This document shows, one piece after another, positions 1 through 12,632 of a stretch of DNA of 64,000 nt. This DNA is from Octopus vulgaris (Eukaryota): assembly GCA_951406725.2 (NCBI GenBank), contig OX597817.1, positions 65,286,001-65,350,000 on the forward strand. The letters are read 5' to 3'. Numbering within the stretch: the stretch's first letter is position 1; every line of letters starts with the position of its first letter. The position numbers and the translations under genes are program-made. The notes below the pieces were generated by a model that was given only the letters and a program-made list of their open reading frames with translations, had not been told where the DNA came from and did not search any database.

Positions 1-419
1 CATGAAGGTGACACTTTTACTGGTATCGCTACAACTCAGAAGAGGGTATGGCACTTACCTTTCTACTGTTGCAATTAATATGTTCAAGTTAATATACCTG
101 GCATACTTAGATGATCGGCGCTGTAAGACGGAAATGCCAGCCTGTAAGATATACGCGCTCAGTTACAGACATACAGACAGAGGCACACACACATGTACTT
201 GTACACACACCTATACACAAGCATTTATCAAAATTTAAACTGACGCTGATTGTCTGTCTCCCGACACGAATTTCAATAGGAAGTCGATCCTCTATAACAT
301 GTATTGAGTACTCAATTCCTTCATCATTCATTCAACAGAAAGCAACGTATATATTTCATCATGTTGAACCGTTAACCCCAACACATACTTTTCTCTCAGT
401 CTTTTTCTTTTCATTCTCT

Positions 420-575
420 CTCTGTTTATTTTCCCCTCTTAAACCTTTCTGTCGAAGAGCGTAGGCTCGAAACGTCAAAGACTTTAGCATTTTTCTCGAG
501 CATTAAACCAATACACCCCCTTGTTGTTCCTACACCTGTCTTCGGCTTTTGTTTTCTGCGAATTTGAACTATATC
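420..575 (+). mobile_element. Short hammerhead-bearing repeat, copy 1 (Penelope pLTR-like / non-autonomous)
   Basis: Shares cctttctgtNgaagagcgtaggctcgaaacgtHaaagact...cgagc.ttaaac.aataca...cacctgtcttcg...gaatt with 21959-22150 and 53119-53298; followed by (TA)n. Confidence 0.7.
445..480 (+). ncRNA. Minimal type-I hammerhead ribozyme-like motif
   Basis: CTTT|CTGTCGA|A|GAGC-GTAG-GCTC|GAAAC|GTC|AAAG: stem I CTTT/AAAG, stem II GAGC/GCTC, GAAA, GUC triplet (predicted cleavage after 476). Confidence 0.6.
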
Positions 576-580
576 TTCGA

Positions 581-708
<128 letters not shown>

Positions 709-861
709 GTATGTATGTATGTTTTATATGTTTATATACACACAAGCTTATATGCACACAAATAGTACGCGAACATGTATGTGTATGTTTGTATATATAT
801 GTAAATACACAGAGAGAGAGGCATATACTCATATATAAAAGTAATGATGTGTGAATATTAG

Positions 862-926
<65 letters not shown>

Positions 927-1103
927 TATATATATATATACATACATAAAAAAATATACTCTTCGTTTTTCCGTTGTCAGCGGATGCCAGAGAGAAATCA
1001 TATGATAAAGTTGATTTCTAAAAACTGTAAAATGACGTGTAGGAGTCTATTTCAAATATGTTCTCTCTCCACATGCAAAAGCTTTTATATTAATGTACTC
1101 CAC

Positions 1104-1328
1104 TCTGAAATATAGGTTTCGAACTTTGGCAAAAGGCCAACAATTTTACATAAAGTGTGAGTCGATTACATCGACTCTAGCACTTGACTGGAACTTATTT
1201 TATCGACCCCCGAAAAGTTGAAAGACAAAGTCGACCTCGGCGGAAGTTCAACTCAGAGTTTAAGGACGGACGAGATGCCTCTAAGCTTTTCGCCCGACGG
1301 GTTAACTATTTTGACAGTTCGCCGCCTT
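1104..1328 (-). mobile_element. tRNA-derived SINE, family A
   Basis: Reverse complement matches aggcgg.gagctggcagaa...ctgagttcaaattccgccgaggtcgactttgcctttcatcctttcggggtcgataaa...ccag, seen in many copies in the window. Confidence 0.85.
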
Positions 1329-1429
1329 AATTCACTCCAAAATATGTGCTATTACACACACACACACACATACATTATGTACTTAATACATAAATGCACA
1401 AAATATGTACAAATACATGTATATACATA

Positions 1430-1552
<123 letters not shown>

Positions 1553-1730
1553 ATATAATATACGCATAATATCTATGTATATATTGCACACACATGGAAA
1601 ACAAATACTTTGTACTTTTCATGTAAAGTAAGATATGTGATACTGCGAAAGAATGTAATAGTTTCACTATTGCTGCCTCCCACTCTTTTTCGGTGCGAGC
1701 ACACACATACATTAATACATACGCGCACAC

Positions 1731-1791
<61 letters not shown>

Positions 1792-1886
1792 TATACATGT
1801 GCAAACATAGACACACATGCACAAACTCAAACAACCACATGTCCCCACATGTACACACTTGCAGAGTGTGGTTAAGTTCAAGAATA

Positions 1887-2067
1887 CTTAGCGACATTTC
1901 GTCAGTCCTTACGTTCTGAGTTCAAATTCCACCGAGATCGACTTCGCCTTTCATCTTTTCGGGATCGATAAAATACGTTCCTGTCAAGTGCTGGGGTCGA
2001 TGTAATCGACTCACACTTTGTGTAAAATTGTTGGCCTTTTGCCAAAGTTTGAAACCTAAATTTCAGA
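1887..2067 (+). mobile_element. SINE family A (5'-truncated)
   Basis: ttctgagttcaaattccaccgagatcgacttcgcctttcatcttttcgggatcgataaa...ggggtcgatgtaatcgac. Confidence 0.85.
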
Positions 2068-2102
2068 AATACATACGTTTATATATATTTTAAGCATGCG
2101 GG

Positions 2103-2188
<86 letters not shown>

Positions 2189-2208
2189 CGTGTGTGCGTG
2201 TATAAATA

Positions 2209-2560
2209 CAGGGTGCGATGGGTAAATTGTCACTATTTTATATTTCTAATTTCGCGCATGAGCATTGTTTTTGATTTGGTCGACTACATAGTATAGTAGG
2301 GTCAGTTGAACACCGTCTGTGTGAGAAACAGCACCACGACGCAATTTACTCTGCCAGAAATTTGGAAACGACATGCTGCAATATGCCGGAAGCTCCAATA
2401 CGAACATTTCAGAGTGTTTGGGTGTCAATCTGAGGACAGAGCAGAAGATTCGGAAAGAGTTGGATGGGTCTAATGGTGATTACGAAGGTAGGGCAGCTCG
2501 GAAATCTCACTCTGATCGTTATGATAAGAAAAGAGCTTCTGAATTTGTTGGTGTGATCCA
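2209..2560 (+). mobile_element. Tc1/mariner-superfamily (DD37D/maT-like) 5' end with N-terminal transposase HTH remnant
   Basis: TA followed by TIR-like CAGGGTG...; ORF 2373-2567 (AGSSNTNISECLGVNLRTEQKIRKEL...RYDKKRASEFV) resembles the transposase N-terminal DNA-binding region. Confidence 0.65.
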
Positions 2561-2679
2561 TATTTAAATCTTGTGTATACTAAATGGTATTCATCTCTTG
2601 CCGTATGGAGTAATTTTTTTGTTGATCCCTTCAAAAGTGGCACAGTACACTATGCGTGTGTGTGAATGTGCGCGCGCGT

Positions 2680-2830
2680 TAGGCACGTGGCTTAGTGGTT
2701 TGGAGTGCTGCACTCATAGATTATGATTTCGATTCCAGAACTTGGCGAGGCGTTGTGTTCTTGATCAAAACACTCCATTTTCCATTAGTTGTGTACATTC
2801 AGCGGGCAAAAATGAATAAACCTGCGCAGA
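2680..2830 (+). mobile_element. SINE family C head (tRNA-like plus CORE-like domain), decayed
   Basis: aggcacgtggcttagtggtt (A box), ttcgattcc (B box), ttgtgttcttgatcaaaacac; homologous to 50457-50600. Confidence 0.7.
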
Positions 2831-3241
2831 ATTCGGTAAACTGACCTTATGTGCAATATTTACTGAACGATTAGGAAGTCCGCTTCGCAGCCACGAGGGC
2901 CCAGGCTCGATCGCACTGCGTCGCACCTTGGGCAGGTAAAATTTTCTATAGACTCGAGTCGACATATATCTTGAGACATAAGCAACGGAAAATTGTATAG
3001 AAGCTCATCGAATCCATTGTACTTGTAATTCAAAAGGTACAGCCTTTTCATACACTGCATCGTGCTGATTCCAGCGGAGAATTACATTAATTCCACGTGA
3101 CTGTTGAATGGTGAGTTAAATTAATTCTGTAGTAAGTGAAGAATTGAAACTTCGTCGTCGAAACCGACTGAGAATCACCTCTATATGTACTCTTAGATAT
3201 TATCAGTATATGCATAATCACATACACCTCGAAAATACACA

Positions 3242-3342
<101 letters not shown>

Positions 3343-3398
3343 GCATTATGTCGGTGAGTATGGATGCGTATAAGTGTACCAACACACATAAAATTATC

Positions 3399-3453
<55 letters not shown>

Positions 3454-3552
3454 CACACACATGAGTATATTATATATGTATGTATGTACGTATTTATGTA
3501 TGTATGTGCATATATATATGTATATACATACACACAGATATGTATGTATGTA

Positions 3553-3589
<37 letters not shown>

Positions 3590-4116
3590 GCAAACACACA
3601 CACACACTTACATTCATGTGTGTGTGTATGTGTATGCAAATACATTTATTAGGACAAGATGCACTTGTATGAGGCACTACAATTCATAGATTTTCTGTAA
3701 TCTGAGCCAAACTGAACAGAAACAATGTTCAGAACAAGAACAGCATAACAAAAGCCATAACCTTCAGCTCCACCAACACCATACTATATGCTATCGACAT
3801 CTCCACCACCACCATAGCTAACATCCTTCTCACCACCGCTGACATCGCTACTTTTACTTCTCCAAATACTACCATCGCATCCACAGCCACAAGTGCCGTC
3901 ACTAGCAGCAGCATCACTACCATCGCCATTAACACCACAACCATCACCACCCCCGCCATCCTCCTCCGCCTCCCCTCCCCCTCCTCCTCTTCCCCTCCTC
4001 CTCCTCCTCCTCCTCATCATCATCATCATCATCAGCTTTACCATTGATATCAATATCACTCACCATCAATCACCACTACTACTAACATCAGTCCCACTAC
4101 AAAAGGAATAAAAATG

Positions 4117-4272
4117 GGTATAGGGCAACCTTTTTTTCGAGAAGTGGGCCACTTGAGACATGAATCAGCATCAAGCGGGCCGCACTACTAAAAAAAAAAT
4201 AGAAATTTAAGGTAACTTTTCGTTAGCTGAGCCATTCAGAAAATCCCGCGGGCTGCAAGTTACTCGCGACCG
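4117..4272. mobile_element. hAT (Charlie-like) MITE remnant
   Basis: gggtatagggcaaccttttt...gggccac...gcgggccgc...cgcgggctgcaagttac resembles Charlie-type termini and subterminal GCGGGCCGC motifs. Confidence 0.45.
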
Positions 4273-4944
4273 ATTAAACTAACAACAACCAGAAATAAAG
4301 TGAGCGACAAAAGCAACAGCAGCAGTAGCAACAACAACAACAGCAACAACAGCATCAACAGCATCATCAACAACAACAACAACAACAACAACAACAGCAA
4401 CAGCTTCAGCAACAACAACAACAACGATTAGAAAACAGAAACAGTGCCGAAAGGGTCTAAAGTATTACATAAGAAGCTTCCACTGAAAAAATAAATTATC
4501 TGAGATAGTGTATGCAGTGCCTCACGGCTTCTGATGATGATGATGTAATAATGTTAATGATAATGAAGATAAAATTTCAATGATGATAAGGAATATGAAT
4601 ATGAATGACGACGATGATGTAATAGTATTTAGTGGCTGGGTGGTAGTGGTGTTGATGTGGTAATGGTGTTAATGATGCAATGCACTACATGTTAAGGCAA
4701 AGTTTGGAAACGCCCTGTATTGAACATACTAAAATGGCGTTTGTGAACAAAATGAGAGAAAACTAAATTTTGCAGAAGGTTGTTTTAGACATCATCAAGG
4801 ATTTACCTGTACTTCATTGATATTGGCTTTTTAAATCTCCAACGCTTTTGTCATATGTCCGTATAATATCCCTCTCATCCGACGTGCTTATAGAGAAATT
4901 AAAAATTATTATTATTAAATAACATAAGGTTTGTGCTGAGGGGT

Positions 4945-5222
4945 ATTTCGGAGGCATTTCTTATCCTGGTAGTCCTTGATAACAATATCTAGTTGGTTAG
5001 CTTTGATTTCTCTGTGTTTATTAGCATATCCCAGAGTTGTTTTGCCATTCTCGGAGACCTTTTCTAGTGCTTGTCTATATCATCTCTTTTCTTTTGTTAT
5101 TTCATAATGCTGGCATAACTTCCAGTGTATGTAATAACTCATTCTGTCATGTCTGTGGCTGTATTCTTGCTTGATTTCTGTCGTTTTCTCTCCATGTATT
5201 TTCATAGTTATCTGTTACCACA
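4945..5222 (-). mobile_element. RLE-type non-LTR retrotransposon (R4/Dong-like) C-terminal fragment
   Basis: Minus-strand translation with stop/frameshifts: RHDRMSYYIHWKLCQHYEITKEKR*YRQALEKVSENGK..WDMLINT..KANQLDIVIKD; matches the RHD..IHW.LC..WD..PDIV pattern preceding the restriction-like endonuclease. Confidence 0.75.
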
Positions 5223-5249
5223 GCCTCTACTGGAGCTGAAAGGATCGGT

Positions 5250-5622
5250 TTCGCGCCGGGCAAAATATTTAGCGGTATTTCGTCCGTTCAAATTCTGCCG
5301 AAGTCGAGTTTGCCTTTCATCTTTTCTGGGTCGATAAAATGATTACCAGTTGAGTGTTGGGGTTCATGTATCGACCTAACCCCTCCTCCGAGCTTGTTGG
5401 CCTTGTGCCAAAATTTGAAGCGATTATTATTATTGGGCGGTGAGATAGCAGAGTTGTTAGCACGCCGAGCAATATGCTTAGCGGCATTTCGTCTGTCGTT
5501 ACGTTCTGAGTTCAAATTTCACCGAGGTCGACTTTACCTTTCATCCTTTCGGGGTCGATAAAATAAATACTTGTCGATGTTATCGACTTAACCCCACCAC
5601 CGTCCGAAGTTGCACGCCTTGT
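5250..5622 (+). mobile_element. Two tandem SINE family A copies
   Basis: Copies at ~5250-5420 and ~5435-5622, each with gttcaaatt..ccga.gtcga.ttt.cctttcatc...gggtcgataaa. Confidence 0.85.
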
Positions 5623-5624
5623 GC

Positions 5625-5813
<189 letters not shown>

Positions 5814-6173
5814 GTCCTCTTCATTTCAAACTTTTTTCTTCATTTCATCTATTTATACCTCTTTATTTCTTTCACTATATGTGTGTGTGTGCGTGCGTGT
5901 ATGTGTATGTATGCAATGCATATATGTATATCTCAGCCTTCGTTAGCATGCACCCACCTCCCCTCACAACTACTTATCTGGTTAGCAATCTAGCTACCTA
6001 CCTATTCATCTTTTCTACCCGCCGACATTCACACTAAATTTCTTATGTACCTGCACCTTTCTCTCTTTCTCCACACATACACACACATACACGAAGACAC
6101 ACACACACGTACAAACACGCACAGACGCACACAAACCGGTACATATCTTCCTACCCCACTCTCTTTATATATA

Positions 6174-6210
<37 letters not shown>

Positions 6211-6949
6211 ATTCATATAAACATACCTATGTCTCTCACTGTGTTCCCTCCCCCTCTCTCACTATATGTATAGTCTATATATATAGACAGACAGGGAGAG
6301 GAAGGGCACGTCTGCTCTTTACCACACCCTATTCCACATTGACGAAGGGCGTTGGTTTCATAGTTCGTATGTTTACAGTAAAGAAAACATCAACATTGAT
6401 TTGGGTGGTGGATATGACAGAAATTATTTAGATTCAGTCGAACAGACACAAGTAAAACACTGAACAGAAATTCGAAGATGTGAACAAAATGGCGAAGCCA
6501 CTTCTGTAAAACCTTTGTTTAATATGTACCTTTTATTTTAAGGGTTTAAATATGAGAAGGAAGAGCGGCGCCATGACCGTTATAAGGCTTCCAAAACTTG
6601 AAGGAGTAATAGGGAGAGGAAGATAACGACTCACATGTTAGAAACAACATATAAGGATATCGAGTAGGCATCAGCCCGGGAAATCTGGGGCAAAAGATCA
6701 CACACAAACACACTCACGTACACATGTATGCATAAATATGCAGTTACACATAGATGCACGCGAACACACGTGCGCTCATATATATTATACAATAGATCAT
6801 TAATTATGTGGAATGCACTTGTATTTTTCATATTAGCAGAAAAATTAGTTACATGTACATTTTAAAGCATAGTTTCTCTCTTTTTGCCTAATCAAATGAA
6901 ACGCAGACCAGGTAACTTACAATCTGAAATAAGATGTTGTTATGTTAAT

Positions 6950-7165
6950 TATGATTGAGTCTATCGTGGAAGACTTCATACACATAACCAATACTAATTT
7001 GTATATTACTTGTCACTTCATCCATAGTCACATGTCTGGTCAAGGGAATCATGCTTTGGATCCGTTCACTGGTATCAAGAGAAACGGACGTGGTTGACGT
7101 CCGTATACCTGATGATAGGTAACATTTGTGCTGCAATTTTTCAATTGCTCAGTCTACTCAAGCAG
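6950..7165 (-). mobile_element. mariner transposase N-terminal HTH fragment
   Basis: ORF 6945-7136 (-): GIRTSTTS...ERIQSMIPLTRHVTMDEVTSNIQISIGYVYEVFHDRL, resembling mariner GRPSTS...DRRVT..EI...IS.GSV..I.HD.L. Confidence 0.7.
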
Positions 7166-8752
7166 ATGGTAGAACCCTCCTCCAACCCCAAAAATAAGAA
7201 AGCTTAACACCTACATGATATTATGTGGTACAGATTTAAGGGTCGAAGATTAAAAATTCAAATTTTCACTGTAATAGCCTTTGGAATTCGTGATATACTA
7301 TGTGTATAAATACAAGTATAACCATCAAGATGAGACTATCGTTTAGGTGCTATGCCCTAGGCTGACTAGCCCCCGTAAGTTGGCTGTGATGTAACTGAAA
7401 CCCGCAAGGCAAGTTTAAAAGCCTGTATATTATGCGGTTGCGTATTCGTTTAGAGGTCTGGTGTACTGGAACAGATCGCAACTGTTGATCTAATATGGGA
7501 CATGCTGCGAAAATTTCATTTGAGTATATAAATTTCAGTTGAAGTATTATGTATGTAGACAACTGCGGCGTGTGCTTTTCTGCCCTCTAGCTATGGTTGT
7601 TCCGCCATACTTGTTTCTTGACGAAGTGCGGAAACACAAGTGAAATGGTCAATGACTTTCAGCTAAAAAATGTTATTATACTTCGCTCCCATTTGAGTAC
7701 ACTTTCTTTTGTTCCTTATTACAAAAGTGTAAACATACATTCATATAGTACATATGTGTGTGTGTGTTTGTGTATAGATAAATTTCAGCTCATAAAGTAT
7801 CAGTCAATCTAAGTGGATGACATTTATCCAAGATCCACGCAATGGTATCAAATACAAAACGCCATGGTTGTAAAACGTGCCCCTTATTCGCACAACTATT
7901 TGCCAAATGTCTTTAAGATATGAACGACTTCTTGTTCACACCGTTATCCAGCAGCACTGAGTTCAACTTTGCCTGTGTAACTATCCCCGGTCTCAAACTA
8001 TTCTTTCTCCAGTATTTAATCTCAACATGGCTTACCATTGCATGCGTAATCTAGTTTAGCTCCACACAGGCCTGATTAAGTTGACATATGTCGAAATCAT
8101 TCCGGCCGTGATGGACCTCTTTTGCAGATATTGTGTACCTACGACTACATTATCCGGTGTGTCTTTATTATTTAAAGAAGCGTTGCAAGTGTAGTTTGAG
8201 GGAAATTTCGGTATTATTTCTTAAAGATTGAACAACACCATTAGCTCATATTTTGTTGCTCTGATTTTTGAGAATAAAATGAAATCAGGACTTGAAGATT
8301 TCAAGACAGCCTGGTTTAATTGACAGTGTTTTGTAATACTGGTACCAAGCTGCGTTGGTGGTAATTAAAACGGTGAGTTCGAGTATTTCCCATTTTTCTT
8401 TGGATATCATATAGTGTTGGAGTAAATATTTGGGTTTAGTTAACATTATCGAAAAAGTAAGGGAGACATTAAACGTTTTTGATTGTTAGGTTTCTTAGTG
8501 TAGGTATAATATTTGTTATAACATGTTATTACTGTGGTATCTAGCTTACACTATACAGAATTTGTTTACTTATACTATGCTAGAGTTACAGAAATGATAA
8601 CATTTTTCCTGCGTGGCAGTCGAGCTTCCATAATACGAAAGATAGTCCCTACTTAGTCACTCGATCTACTAGAAACAAATCTCTCTCAGCACATATTTTG
8701 GTTTCCTATTAGTGAAAGCTTTGACTGTGTGTGATAGTGGTTGTGGTAGCGA

Positions 8753-8900
8753 TGTGTTGCTGAGCGCTTGGGCAGAAATGGTGGTATTGTTCAGAAGTAT
8801 TATGGTGTTACGTGGAATCTAGTAGCTGTTGGGGGTGAAATGATATAATGACAGTGATGATTGCTACTTGTTATTGTGGTAGTAATATTGCACCATGCGA
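8753..8900 (+). repeat. 148-bp segment duplicated at 56159-56306
   Basis: tgtgttgctgagcgcttgggcagaaatgg...gcaccatgcga reads identically at both sites. Confidence 0.95.
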
Positions 8901-9470
8901 CTGAGAGTGTATTGGCAACACAGTAATGTGTGATAATGATTTGAAAGGAATTTGCTGGTGAGGAATGATATAGTGTATGGTGATGTGCCGTGGAACAGTG
9001 TTGCATATTGATGGCATGACGAAGCTGTGTAATCTAATGGTCGTAGCTGGAGGTAGAACAGTGTGAAATAGCAATGATATGTCGGTGATTAGCTGGTAAG
9101 TGGCGATGCAGTGTATCATGAAGTGGTGCGTGCTATACCTAATGTTTGTTGCTGTTGTTGATGTTAAGCACCTTTTCAACATTGATCAAGAATACCTATG
9201 ACCAAATGCGTTTCCAGCCGTGACCGTCCCGTCTTTATCCTATGTGCAAGGAACCCAGGGTTACATTATTGTTATGCGTTCGTTTTTTAAGGTGGTAGGG
9301 TGTTTGATTTCAAAGAAGAGGCCCTATCATTTGCTCATAGCCTTCGTTGTGTGTGTTGGGTTGGTGATATCTGTAATTGTTTTAGAAGTTTGCGTTGTGG
9401 TTGCGGAGAAACGAAAGACTTGTCTTTATTACTGCATCAAGAGCTCCAATCACGCAGCAAGCTGTAGCTA

Positions 9471-9556
9471 TGTGATTGCTCATTATAACAACGTAATTAC
9501 GTGTTTGATTTTCATTGAAGGAGATGTTGATTACGGTGATTAACTGTGTGTATGTG

Positions 9557-9602
<46 letters not shown>

Positions 9603-9628
9603 TGTGTGTGTATGTGCATGTTTAGGGT
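9471..9628 (+). repeat. ~160-bp segment duplicated at 57209-57384
   Basis: tgtgattgctcattataacaacg...tgcatgtttagggt shared, differing mainly in microsatellite length. Confidence 0.92.
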
Positions 9629-10053
9629 ATCTGATTATCATTGACAGAATGGTGATTAGATGTACAATTACGTGTTTGTGTGTATTTATGTGTATATGTG
9701 TGTGTACCTGGGTATTTCCATTTCAGGGTGTGTTAATTTTTCATAGATGATATAGTGATTAGGTACGTGGGTGCATGTATGTGTGTGTGTGCTTGTTTCC
9801 GTATGCGTAAATGTGTGTGTGTGTGTGTGTGTTTGTGTGTTTGTAGTGTGCATGCGTGCATCTGTCCTTGTTTCTCTGTATAGATTTTTTTTCTCTGTTG
9901 CTTTGAGTATGCTTGTGTACTGTATCTTTCTGCATGTGTATACAAGTTTCATTAGAGTGACTGTGTATGTGTGTGTCCTTGTGTGTGTGCGCGTGTGCTG
10001 TGTGTATTCGTGTCTGTGTGTGCACCTCTATATGTGTGAGTATATTTATTGAT

Positions 10054-10269
10054 TTAAGGCGGTGAGCTGGCAGAAACGTTAGCGCACCGGGCAAAATGCT
10101 TAGCGGTATTTCGTCTGTCTTTACGTTCTGAGTTAATTCCGTCGAGGTGGACTTTGCCTTTCATCCTTTCGGGGTCGATAAATTAAGTACCAGTTATGTG
10201 CTGGTGTCGATCTAACCGACTGGTCCCCTCCCCAAATATTTCGAGCCTTGTGCCTAGAGTAGAAAAGAA
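10054..10269 (+). mobile_element. Full-length SINE family A with 13-bp TSD
   Basis: Starts aggcggtgagctggcagaaacgttagc; flanked by tatatttattgat at 10041-10053 and 10270-10282. Confidence 0.92.
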
Positions 10270-11103
10270 TATATTTATTGATCTATCTTTCCCAGATAAC
10301 TTTCTACATATTACTATCCTTATTAACTAGCATGTCTCCTTATTCTTTTACCTGTCTAAATTTTTTCCACTTAATAACGACATATATTTCTCTCCATTTC
10401 TCAGCACATACATACATATACGCGCGCGTATAAAAACAAATGAGTACATCTGATATTTGACTTGATACTTGAAGAGTTGAAACCACCACACTTTGTACGT
10501 GAATAGGGGAACATATTTGCACATGAAAATTTAATAAAAATACGTCACACATTTTCTAACACATTTTTTTGACAACAAATTAATTCTCGAAGTACTACTG
10601 AGTTATTCTATTTCAAAGTACTGGCGAATATTTTTGTTAGCATATTGTTACGCTGCTTCCCAGAAGCATTTGAATATCCTTTTTTATCCGTTTTTAAGAA
10701 GGAACGTTCACCAAATACACACACACACACACATGCAGCTATATAACTGTGTATATGTGTGTTTGCATGTATGTTTCTTGTCTTGCTTTTCCTAATTCAC
10801 AAGGTTTTTGAACGTTTCATATATAGAAGTATAATGGCTTTTAATGAAGAAAGCTAAGTTCATGGAATCTGGGTAACAACGATAGCAAAGACTTACCTGT
10901 TAAAAAAAAAAAAGCGTCATACATCTTACTGTATATTTCAAAGATTGGATTTGTAAAGTGTGTGTTAGTTGGTCACTTTCTTGATTTGAACATCCTGGCT
11001 GTTTTAGATTGCCACAAAAGCTCTTAATAACCTATCAGAGCGTACTACTGATTATGAGTGCACGTGCGAATTATATTCTGTATACAGAGAAGCTGTGGGT
11101 ACA

Positions 11104-11232
<129 letters not shown>

Positions 11233-11949
11233 GTATATATATCTATATCTGCCCGTCTGTCTGTCTGTCTGTCTATTCATCTATCTCACTAACTAGCTAA
11301 TTAAGCAGATCTTGTTAATTAACGAGCTATTAATGCAGCAAGTGTAATTTATGAATTCTTCCTAGCGGCAAATCATTTATGTTTAGAAAAAGGAAAACAG
11401 AAACACACGCGCACGCGCACAAGCGGGAACACACACACATATACAAGTGCGCACACACACATAGGCATAGGCACACATGCAACACACACGTGCGAATACA
11501 CACGAAGCGGTCTCTAAGCGTTTGTTCGAATTGCTAAAATTAGCAGCCGGATCTCGCCATTCTGTCTTAGCAACGCTATATCACGATAAAAGATGGCTGG
11601 AAAATCCCTTCACCATAGGTTTGCCTAATCAAAAACAACACATAGTCATGAAAGTGCAAACACACACACACACACACACTTGCCCCCCCCCCCCCCACAC
11701 GTACATACACACAGATATGCATGCATGCGCAGACGCAACCTCAAACACACCTGCTTATAAGCGCTATTTTACTCAGATGACATGGTTTGCGTTTCATTCG
11801 GAATCACAGAAAAAAAATTTCATTGTATTTCCACCCTGGGGACTAGATTCTATGGAAACAGAGTATAAATGGTTAATTAATAGATGTTGTTATTCAAAAT
11901 CTCCAACCTCATTAATAATAACAACAACAGTAGCAATAATTTTCTGATT

Positions 11950-12377
11950 TAGACCAGCAGATTTAAGGGAAGGGGAAGTCGATATTATTGACTGCAGTAA
12001 TTTGCTGGTACTTTATTTTATCGACCTGGAAAGGACGGAAAACTATGATAGCCTCAGAAGAATTTGAACTCAGAACATAAAGAATCGGAGCAAATACTTT
12101 CCCCAACACTGACGAATCTGTTAATCCACCGAGCTGCTGCTGCTGCTAAGGATGATAATGATGCTTTCTATTTGAGGTACACAACTAGAAATTTTGAGGG
12201 GAGGGGCTTAGTCGATACCATCGACCCCAGTACTTGACTGCTACTTATTTTATAAATCTCGAAAAGATGAAAGGCAAAGTTGAGCTCAGCAGAATTTAAA
12301 CTCAGAACTTAAAGAGAAGTAACTAAATATCATAGTATAAGTTCGACACACTTATACTTCGGCAAATTCACCGCCCT
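11950..12377 (-). mobile_element. Two decayed SINE family A copies
   Basis: gtcgat...ttatcgacc.gaaagga...aatttgaactcagaac at ~11950-12110 and again, more diverged, at ~12170-12377. Confidence 0.75.
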
Positions 12378-12414
12378 GGAGATAATAATAACAATGGTTT
12401 CGCAATTAGAATAT

Positions 12415-12632
12415 CATCATCATCATTGTTCGACCGTGGTCGAGACAATGGAATTTACCATGCTACGCCAGACTTCACGGTCCATCATGGCATTACGGAG
12501 GTCCTGTTGCTGGATGCCTGTATCCCTGGAGATTACATCAGGGTAGGAGAGTGTGCGCCCTCTGGTATTGCGAGTAGATGGCTTCCAGAGGAGAAGAGTA
12601 GAAATTACTTCTTTTCCTGCTCTACAACAATG
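12415..12632 (-). mobile_element. RTE-like LINE 3' end, 5'-truncated
   Basis: HCCRAGKEVISTLLLWKP...RGRTLSYPDVISRDTG...LRNAMMDREVWR, a typical RTE-group C-terminus, then a stop and a (TGA)n tail. Confidence 0.8.

Noticed and set aside
3135-3170. gtgaagaa...cgaaaccgac and cgaaacccgtca (~20775 minus, ~22608 plus) as hammerheads
   Set aside because: There is no CUGANGA core with consistent stems I and II.
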